A stretch of DNA of 6,889 nt, from assembly GCA_001179505.1 (NCBI GenBank), contig CDMY01000993.1:1-6889 (forward strand), read 5' to 3'. The notes under the pieces were generated by a model. That model searched no databases, was not told the origin of the DNA, and saw only the letters and a list, made by a program, of their open reading frames with translations. Position 1 is the stretch's first letter, and every line of letters begins with the position of its first letter. The translations under genes and the position numbers were made by a program. This document shows, piece by piece, positions 1 through 6,807 of this stretch. Source of the stretch: Vitrella brassicaformis CCMP3155 (Eukaryota; Protista; Chromerida).

Positions 1-362
1 TTTTGAGACAATGAAACGGTCATGAGCACTGGCCGCTCGCGCGTGAATACAGCATAGCGAGATGCAGCATGCATTAACACAATCGTGCTCGTTTAGGTCC
101 ACAGCTCTGCCGACTTTCGGTGGCTGGTTGTCTTTCTCAAGACGGCGCAGTGCAATGGCCGCTGGCGTCCAGACACAGCATAACGGGATGTATCAGACAT
201 ACATGCTTTTGCATCGAATGAATGAGAATCCCGAGAGAAATCAGCAGAAAACGCCGAATTCCGTGTAACCGGAGCATAGTGTTCGCCACCTTTTGCGCGA
301 ACGAGAGAGCGCAATTGCAATTGGAAGCAAACTCGTTTCTCGCAGTGTCCGTGCGCATATAT
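1..362 (-). repeat. Inverted copy of the dispersed repeat (unit B), truncated by the window start
   Basis: The reverse complement of 192-362 aligns with 1051-1222 (ATATATGCGCACGGAC...CGGTTACACGGAATTCGGCG...TCATTCGATGCAAAAGCATGTATGTCTGAT, ~80% by eye). The reverse complement of 99-241 aligns with 6667-6807. The rest aligns to unit A (AACCAGCCACC, GAGCACGA, AATGCATG). Confidence 0.93.
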
Positions 363-369
363 GCACACG

Positions 370-467
370 CAGCTCAGATCAGTTTCACGGATCTTGCTCT
401 AAGCTGAAAGCTGAGCTGGAGGGTGGTTATACAGCCCTAGTTTCACGTCGGTAAACCAACTTTTTTT
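370..467 (+). other. Hyperconserved hairpin-forming head ending in T7 (candidate small RNA or cis-acting site), copy 1
   Basis: CAGCTCAG (370-377) pairs with CTGAGCTG (411-418); AGTTTCACG occurs twice (381, 439); T7 at 461-467. There are only 2 mismatches in the first 78 bp versus copy 2. Function is not demonstrated. Confidence 0.35.
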
Positions 468-654
468 CTAGAACGTTTCTTCAAGATCTGCCTTCGGATA
501 TCTGTGGAGAAGGTCACTGCGAGGAATGAGTTTGCTTCGAGCTTCAAATGCGTTCACGCGTTTGCGCGAAAAACGGCACCAAAAACCCGGAAAATCGGTT
601 TTCGGCTGTTTTCTCTCGGGTTTCTGGTGCGTTCGCCGCGGGAGTCTGTGTGTG

Positions 655-955
655 AGTGCTCTTTCGTTTGCTCTGTCCTCACGCAAGGGATTGTTGCTCT
701 GCGCTCCGTGAAACACGAGAACCAGCCACCAAACGTTGACGAGGCCGTCAATCCAAATGAGCACGACTGGGTCAATGCATGATACATTTCGCTACGTTGT
801 GTTCACACGGAAGCGTGCATCGCTTTTGGTTTCGTGAAAAAGAAGAACGGATCACTGAAAGTTTACACAGCCTTGAATCATCAGTCACACAATGCATCGT
901 TCACGGCACAACTGCTTTACGGTCTCTTCGTACGCAAGCGGCCGTCGCTCTTCGG
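655..955. repeat. Degenerate ~126-bp tandem monomers (~2.4 copies) within the long repeat
   Basis: CGTGAAA lies at 707 and 833 (and at 6304/6430 in the right copy); ACGCAAGGG/ACGGAAGCG/ACGCAAGCG lie at 681/807/932; ACAGCATA lies at 49 and 175 in the inverted copy. Ungapped comparison of 679-758 with 805-884 gives about 47/80 matches. Confidence 0.8.
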
Positions 956-1222
956 CCGCGCAGTCGAGACCATAGCCGGTGAAAACTTGCTCACTGCTAC
1001 CTCCACCGCAATATCCTTGCGCACGCTTCAAGGTCGATCTGGTTGATGAAATATATGCGCACGGACGCTGCCAGAGACGAGTCTGCTTCTAGTCGCAATT
1101 GCGCCCTGTCGTTCGGGTAAAACGCGGCAAGCGCACTGGTGTCGGTTACACGGAATTCGGCGACTTGTGCTGATTACTTTCGGGACTTTCACTCATTCGA
1201 TGCAAAAGCATGTATGTCTGAT

Positions 1223-1590
1223 GGCAGCCCTATAAAGAAAACCCACCACCTCCCTCGTCGGCTGCGGCGGGGGGAGGTGTACGTATACCTTATTCGGCAC
1301 TCGCGAGCTTTGAGCGAGCGAGGCACGCTCTTACCCGAAGTTCGTGTTCGTAATTGGGGCCAAATTGGGGCCTCGAGACTTTTTCATTCGATTCGTCTTT
1401 CTTGATGGGGGCCTCATGCGAGCTGGGGGGCTTGCATGCATTTCGCGACGCGGTGACGCGGAGCGAGTCCCGACCCCCCGACGGAGGAGGGCAACTCATG
1501 AGGGTACAGATTCGTACAAATACATGTTTACGTACACCTCCCTCGTCGGCTTGCCGAGGGAGGTGGCGGGGGTTTTTCTATAGGGTGGCC
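1223..1590. mobile_element. Non-autonomous MITE-like element with ~70-bp imperfect TIRs containing GC-rich hairpins
   Basis: Left end GGCAGCCCTATAAAGAAAACCC..CACCTCCCTCG..GGGAGGTGTACGTA (1223-1294) matches the reverse complement of 1519-1590 (GGCCACCCTATAGAAAAACCC..CACCTCCCTCG..GGGAGGTGTACGTA). It abruptly interrupts unit B after ...GTCTGAT (1222). No TSD was found and it has no coding capacity. Confidence 0.7.
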
Positions 1591-1648
1591 GGCTTTGGTG
1601 ACCACGTATGGGTGATGTGAAACACCCATGGCCGGCCACCTCGTGGCC
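1584..1648. other. GC-rich nested hairpins overlapping the right TIR end
   Basis: GGTGGCCGGC (1584-1593) / GCCGGCCACC (1631-1640) is a perfect 10-bp inverted repeat enclosing ATGGGTG / CACCCAT (1608-1614 / 1623-1629). An alternative stem is GGCCAC-CTC-GTGGCC (1634-1648). Confidence 0.6.
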
Positions 1649-1727
1649 AGTCAGGCCAGGATCACGGCCGTCTCCCAAGCGAAGCAACCGAGGAGGGTTG
1701 TCTGTAGTGATGCAGTGATTCACTGAC

Positions 1728-1754
1728 TGAATGGATGAATGAATGAATGAATGA
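1728..1754 (+). repeat. (GAAT)n microsatellite
   Basis: TGAATGGATGAATGAATGAATGAATGA. Confidence 0.9.
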
Positions 1755-2476
1755 CAATGATCCATCATTGATTGTTGACTGACAAGCAAGCACACAATCG
1801 TGTGACTCGAGAGAATGACAGAGTGATTCGTTCGTTCATGCCTTATCAGGCGGCACGTCCCATTGCAGAATCACTATCATTACACTGATGAGGCCAAAGT
1901 CCGTTTCAGGTGATAACGAATTGATCCCGTCAGGCACGATTTCGCACCCCGCTCTGTTCTTTTACAGCCACGCATGTGCTTCAGCTCGCCTTCCGTTGAG
2001 CGCCACCCCCGGCCAGGCCCGTGTAAAAGCCGAAAGGTGCACAGTGTTCTGTGAGCTTTTCTTTGTGTGTCGTTGTAAGTGCCAAGTCTCTTCTACAATA
2101 ACCACGATTTCAGTTCTGTCAGTAGACCACATGGTGTGACCAACTAAAAATACTAAAGAGTCGTCTGAGACACTCTGAGAGACGGCTTCTTGCGATGATT
2201 GGGGTTTGTCAGAGAGGGAAAAAGATGCTCTGCTCACTTGTGTAAAGGCCTATATGCTAAACAAAGACCCAACAAGGAGAGAATGTAGAGGTTTGACGGA
2301 AAGCCGACATTCCGATGATCCAACATAGAGGGTCCTTCTCAGGCCTGACACTGCCTCAGCTTCGAAAAGCGTTCCCGAGTTTTAAAGGAGCGTGTCTCTT
2401 TTCCGTGCATCGAAGTAATCCGAGCTCTGATTACAGCATCCATATACCCTTTCCTTACATTCTTTGCTCCGTTTAG

Positions 2477-2793
2477 GTTAATTCATCCGTTGCGAACACG
2501 ATCTCTTTTCTGATTATCCGTGAAGAAGTGAGCGGTTGCAAACGTTTCAACTGCAACCAAGCCAACCGCCACGCGGTGCCACATCGACATCACCACACCG
2601 TCAACCAAAACGTGCCTCGACGTCGCCCATCCCAGTCTGCCCACAAAATCGCAGTTTACACGTACATGGCACTGCAGTTGCACATGCCCGTCATACCCCT
2701 CATTAGATGGATTTCACGCACGTGTTCTGCACTAAGGAAAAACGGACAAGGGCTGTCGTGTGCATCCCCCGGTCCCGCCGGGGTCTAGAATTC
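2477..2793 (+). other. Possible spliced exon pair (2477-2527 and 2707-2793) of an unidentified gene
   Basis: Pyrimidine tract + TTTAG before 2477, 17 open codons (VNSSVANTISFLIIREE), GTGAGC donor at 2528, CATTAG acceptor before 2707, then in-frame MDFTHVFCTKEKRTRAVVCIPRSRRGLEF. There is no homology support. Confidence 0.2.
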
Positions 2794-2922
2794 GTGTGCG
2801 TGTGCCTGTCGTTGAATCGTGAGTGTCTCCCATCGAGATGTGTCCTTAGTAGGGCATCGAGTGAGCGCTACCTCAATAGCGTGAACCGAACCCCTTAGCA
2901 GTAACTGACCATTCGCCCTGAA

Positions 2923-3017
2923 CATTCAGATCTCATTGGTCTGCCCGGTTCGAACCGCCGAGTCGGAGCTAGAGTGACGGCTATGTAGCCGGGACCGCCA
3001 CCAGTTTCCATCGACAT
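2923..3017 (+). repeat. 95-bp cassette-flanking direct repeat, left copy (hairpin core)
   Basis: CATTCAGATCTCATTGGTCTGCCCGGTTCGAACCGCC...CCATCGACAT aligns to 3777-3871. It contains the CGGCTA-TG-TAGCCG stem (2978-2991). Confidence 0.7.
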
Positions 3018-3043
3018 CTGAGCTCCCCTAGTTACAGGCTGCA

Positions 3044-3583
3044 CTACTCCCTAAGGCTGTCCCACACCCTGTAACAGTTTGGAGTGTCTTCTTTGTCCAG
3101 CAAACTGTGCATGGACTGCTCCATGGATTGATTTCGGCCACCAGTCTCAGCACGAGGTGCATATGTGAGGCCGCTAATGAAAAACGCCCAATCCGCTCCC
3201 ATGAAGCCCTCGGGCTCGCTCATGAGTTTCGGTTTGGGCCGTTCATAGTACTCGATGGAATTATTCACTTGCTTCGGTAATTTAAAGACCTCCATGGCGT
3301 TCTTCCATCGGTTTCGCACCGTATTGAGATCGACGCGCTTCAAATCATCTTCGGACACTAGAACGACTATCCGCAGCTGATAGGTCTGCTCATTCAATTG
3401 ACGCACTTTGGACAATCGAGTGATATACCGAACGTCCACATCAGCATTGTGAATCTCGGCCTCGGCATTTGGCTGAATGGCGTTCAGATCTTGCGTCGGT
3501 ATTCCCCAAGCGGATAGCCCGGTCTTTGCTTCAAATTGCTTTATTTCAAGCGTTGAAATGCCGCTTTTGCTCTTGAATGCCAT
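3044..3583 (-). CDS. Hypothetical protein, 179 aa, no recognisable family (MAFKSKSG...VWDSLRE)
   Basis: Longest ORF in the window. The frame stays open for 22 more codons upstream (stop at 3650-3652), the ATG is in a GGA-ATG-G context, the composition is globular with alternating beta/alpha-like segments, and it lacks the low-complexity tracts seen in flanking DNA. The true start could lie upstream if the gene is spliced. Confidence 0.65.
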   Translation of the reverse strand: MAFKSKSGISTLEIKQFEAKTGLSAWGIPTQDLNAIQPNAEAEIHNADVDVRYITRLSKVRQLNEQTYQLRIVVLVSEDDLKRVDLNTVRNRWKNAMEVFKLPKQVNNSIEYYERPKPKLMSEPEGFMGADWAFFISGLTYAPRAETGGRNQSMEQSMHSLLDKEDTPNCYRVWDSLRE

Positions 3584-3776
3584 TCCAATCGTTGAAAGCT
3601 CGACGATCTTTGGCGTCGCTAGTATGCTGTGCTTGGACGTGGTCCTTCTTTACGAATAGAAGCATTCTCAGTCACATTTTGACGAAAATCGGATACTAAA
3701 ATAAATGACGGTCCTAACAAACAATAACACAGAGATCAATAGATGCCACAGTGTTCGTTGCATGGGCAAATTCTTG

Positions 3777-3871
3777 CATTTACAGGTCCTTGAGTCTGGC
3801 CGTTTGAACCGCCATACTGATTGTCGCGGCTACATATGGCCGTGACTATATGCTGTATATACCCATCGCAT
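3777..3871 (+). repeat. 95-bp cassette-flanking direct repeat, right copy (hairpin core inverted)
   Basis: CATTTACAGGTCCTTGAGTCTGGCCGTTTGAACCGCC...CCATCGCAT; 21/25 columns match the left copy over TTG..GAACCGCC. It contains the 10-bp stem GTCGCGGCTA-CATA-TGGCCGTGAC (3823-3846, two G-T pairs). Confidence 0.7.
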
Positions 3872-4283
3872 GATGCGTTTGCATGCCGTTAACGGGCGTT
3901 TGGTTCTTCGGGTCGCGCCAGCACACATGAGGTCCGACGGCACCCCGACGCCTTCCCTCTCGCTATCCGTCACTTCATTGTGACCACTGGTACGCTGATC
4001 TACTCATACACTTCATGCGTGACAGTGGACGGTGACACGGGGATGTCATCTTCGCTGTGATGATGTGATGCGCAGATCACACACGTGTTGTGTGTCATCG
4101 CATCCAGTTCGGCCTCTCGGGCGACGTGAGGCTTGAGATCTGGTACGTGTCTACTCTCTCCCATGCGCTCACGTCTCGACGCCTTGGGGCTTGGTTGGTT
4201 TGACTTCTCTCTTCAACAATCGATTGGGCAGCTTGACTATCGTCAGACACGGGTCACCGAAGGGATTGCACGAGGGCGTCCCA

Positions 4284-4311
4284 ATTGACTGATTGATTCG
4301 TTGATTGATTG
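4284..4311 (+). repeat. Degenerate (ATTG)n microsatellite
   Basis: ATTGACTGATTGATTCGTTGATTGATTG. Confidence 0.75.
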
Positions 4312-4682
4312 TCGGTTTGTTGCTGTGAGTGACACAATGTGTGTCGCCTTGCCTGAGGTCCTTGCCTTTGACCTGTCAGTGGACGCTTCGTTGGCGCCCG
4401 ATAATGCGTCGCTCCTGTGTGTGTGTGGTTCGCTGCCCTCGCTGAGGGTTCATGCACTGGAAGCAGTGCGTCAGCTTGATGCTCACCTGAATCACTTGAT
4501 GTGCTTGACGAATGATGTCTCTCTTGGTTGATGCTGTAGCTTCTTGTGCACACCTATTGCAGGCCGCAGACGTACATTCAATGAAGGATGCCACGCGAGG
4601 TGGCGGGGAAGTCATACACATGCTTGTCTGTGTCCATCGTACACAATCAGACTTGCGGGTTGAAAGTCTGATCGGGATTGAG

Positions 4683-4803
4683 CAGAATAGACAGAATAGA
4701 CAGGCCGGCGAGTAGACACGTTGACAAAAAGACAGTCTAGGGTTGTCTGGGGTTTGTCTAGAGTTTAAGAACAGTCGAAGATTTTCAGTCGAAGAATAGT
4801 CTG
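4683..4803. repeat. Mirror-symmetric AGAC/GTCT motif array with short tandem duplications
   Basis: (A/T)GAC at 4689, 4698, 4714, 4722, 4730; GTC(T/G) at 4735, 4745, 4756, 4774, 4788, 4799; centre AGAC-A-GTCT (4730-4738); CAGAATAGA x2 and CAGTCGAAGA x2. Confidence 0.55.
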
Positions 4804-5239
4804 GGCCAATGGCCAGGATGGAAATCCAGGCCGCTTTTCCTCTTCGGAAGCATTATTTCTGCATGCACGGGGCACCCCTGTCAGCTGCATCTGATTCTGT
4901 CTTTCCTGTCGATCGATTGCCTTGTGCCTCTCCTATTCCTGCCTGTCTTCATGTATTCATGCACACATACATGTATCTGTCTTGTCTGCTGCCCATGAAC
5001 CATCTCTGACGACCCTTTCTGCTCAAGTCTACACTACAATCACCATGTGCTCATGTCCTGGCATTCAATTCGCTGTTACATTCCATTGCTATGATACAGC
5101 GGCTGCTCATGTGGGGCCAAGATAACCACACGTGGCCGCGTTTTGGACGCTTCTGTTGACTCCCTGTGAGCCTTCTTGATGATGGAGGGGAAGATGCTAC
5201 TGAGATACCTCCCTCCCTTTATCAGCGAAGCGCCATTCC

Positions 5240-5836
5240 TTATGGTACAAGCTCGATACGGATTCGAGTGGGGGATGCTCGAATCAGTGTCACACATGCT
5301 TCAAAATGCCACCTCATAACATTTTCTCCCTTTACATGCTGATCTCCGAGCAGCATTGTCCATTTCGTGGCATTTGACTTGGTGTTATTATTTCGGACGG
5401 CCCCCACGTGGGGCCCTTGAAAAATTCGTGTGGCCGAAAAACAGCCCTCTGCCTCATGAGCGGATTCACACTGGTACATTACGAGGGATGTCACGACATG
5501 GTCATGGCTTTTGGTTCTCTCCCTCTCTCGTGCTTCAGCTGCTGGTGCCTCATATGTGCTGCTCAAGCTCGTCGTTCGGCAACAAAGATGCACCTGTGGC
5601 TGTCGTTTCTGCGTCTAGCTCTCTCCAATTGGCTCTCTCTCCCACTGATAGTCTCTCAGAAAGTCGTTGAGTTGGATTAGGATCGTCTTTCCTACCAGGC
5701 TCTTTCTCTTGGATCTGTTGGTGCGTGTTGGCTCAGCGAGGAACTGCATCCTGATGCCTTGCTTGTCAAGGCCAACGATCTTCACGGTGTCCTCACGATT
5801 GAGCTGCTTGCAATGCCTGATTCTCACTATCGTGTT
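5240..5836 (-). pseudogene. Probable decayed ORF (~198 codons, one internal TAG); strand uncertain
   Basis: Track ORFs 5615-5827 and 5240-5593 are in one frame, separated by a single TAG. The same-register plus frame (5204-5950) also has only two internal stops (5375, 5678). No family was recognised. Confidence 0.35.
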
Positions 5837-5954
5837 CTATTGTGCTCGTCACCTCGAGTCCGATTTCCATACTCCTGCACCCTCTCCTCACATGTGAGGT
5901 TCTTCGTCCTCCCAGGTGGCATACGAGACAGGCCACCAACGCCATTTTAGCTTG

Positions 5955-6807
5955 TATGGACACGACAGCTCAGATCAGTTTCACGGATCTTGCTCTAAGC
6001 TGAAAGCTGAGCTGGAGGGTAGTTATACAGCCCCAGTTTCACGGCCGTGGAATCAACTTTTTTTCTAGGGGGTCTTTTCAAGATCTGCTTTGTGATATGT
6101 GTGGAGGGGGTCACTGCGAGGAACGAGTTTGCTTCGAGCCTCCAATCCGTTCACGCGTTCGCGCGAAAAACGGCGGCAAAGACCCGGAAAATCTGTTTCT
6201 GGCTGTTTTCTCTCGGGTTTCTGGTGCATTCGACGCGCAAGTCTGTGTGTGAGTGCTGGAAGCAGAGCTCTGTCCTCAAGCACGGGATTCTTGCTCTGCG
6301 CTTCGTGAAACATGAGAACCAGGCACCGAAAGTGGACGCTGCCGTCAACACAAATCACCACAATTGTGTCAATGCATGATACATTTCGCTGTATTGTGTT
6401 CACACGCAAGCGCACATCGGTTTTCGTTTCGTGAAAAAGAAGAACGGATCACTAAGAGTTTACACAGCCATCAACCATCAGTCACACAATTCATCGTCCA
6501 CGACACAACTGCTTTACGGTCTGTTCGTACGCAAGCGGCCGTCGCTTTTCGCGTTGCAAACGAGACCACAGCGGTTGAAAATTCCGCACCGCTACTTCCA
6601 CCGCAATCTCCTTGGACACGCTCCAAGGTCGATCTGCTTGATGAAATATATGCGCACGGACACTGCATTTTTCGGGACTCTCATTCATTCGACGCAAAAG
6701 CATGTATGTCTGATACATCCCGTCATGCTGTGTGTGAACGCCAGCGGCCAGTGCCCTGCGCCGTGTTGAGAAAGAGAAGCAGTGACCGAACGCGGGCACA
6801 GTTGTGG
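5955..6807 (+). repeat. Long direct repeat, right copy, with ~101-bp deletion in unit B
   Basis: Collinear with 360-1071. CACTGC (6661-6666) is joined to ATTTTTCGGGA, skipping the equivalent of 1072-1172. It then continues in unit B to ...GTTGTGG (6807), matching the inverted copy. Confidence 0.95.
5966..6064 (+). other. Hyperconserved hairpin-forming head ending in T7, copy 2
   Basis: Identical to 370-424 over 55 bp; T7 at 6058-6064. Confidence 0.35.

Larger units (their letters stand above)
360..1222 (+). repeat. Long direct repeat, left copy: conserved head + unit A + partial unit B
   Basis: Collinear with 5955-6807; 370-424 is identical to 5966-6020 and the remainder is roughly 80-88% identical by hand alignment. 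There is internal self-similarity at period ~551 (CACTGCGAGGAATGAGTTTGCTTC at 515 vs CGCTGCCAGAGACGAGTCTGCTTC at 1066). Confidence 0.95.

Noticed and set aside
554-570. ACGCGT and CGCGAAA (MCB/SCB/E2F-like) motifs conserved in both repeat copies
   Set aside because: These are short motifs inside a duplicated block, the taxon is unknown, and no adjacent gene supports a regulatory role.
831-878. FVKKKNGSLKVYTALN (also FVKKKNGSLRVYTAIN at 6428-6475) resembles the Ty3/Gypsy RT motif FVKKKDGSLRLCVDYRALN
   Set aside because: The CVD residues and all downstream RT motifs (YPLP, DL..GYHQ, YxDD) are absent, and the segment is the 126-bp-monomer homolog of SVKHENQPPNVDEAVN, so the likeness is probably coincidental. 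An RT HMM search would settle it.
62-1499. Numerous 60-110 aa ORFs (TARNEFAS, HALTQSCSF families) in the repeats, also at 6047-6885
   Set aside because: They occur in several frames on both strands, paralogous copies differ by stops and frameshifts, and they recur only because the DNA is repeated.
2140-2480. Protein-looking fragments (DDWGLSEREKDALLTCVKAYML; GSFSGLTLPQLRKAFPSFKG; minus-strand RFSKLRQ echoing RLSKVRQ of the 179-aa ORF)
   Set aside because: The fragments are short, in different frames and broken by stops, with no consistent splice model, and the similarity to the ORF does not extend.
2940-3005. B-box-like GGTTCGAACC with a loose A-box-like TGGCGGTCCCGG about 32 nt upstream on the minus strand, suggesting a tRNA or SINE
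   Set aside because: The T-arm and acceptor stem do not pair, no cloverleaf can be drawn, and the second repeat copy has GTTTGAACC. At most a degenerate remnant.
5240-5330. Weak resemblance of the decayed ORF C-terminus (VTLIRASPTRIRIELV) to the 179-aa ORF (VRQLNEQTYQLRIVVLV)
   Set aside because: There are too few identities to distinguish from generic beta-strand composition without a profile comparison.
5402-5413. Perfect 12-bp palindrome CCCCACGTGGGG
   Set aside because: It is isolated and short, with no second copy or supporting context.
5936-5958. GCCATTTTAGCT resembles the dinoflagellate spliced leader core GCCATTTTGGCTCAAG and sits just before the right repeat
   Set aside because: It is only an 11/12 match, the CAAG end and 5' part differ, and no ORF follows. 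This is compatible with chance.
360-6807. Autonomous LTR retrotransposon interpretation of the long direct repeats
   Set aside because: No shared TG...CA termini, PBS, polypurine tract, TSD or gag/pol coding sequence is visible.
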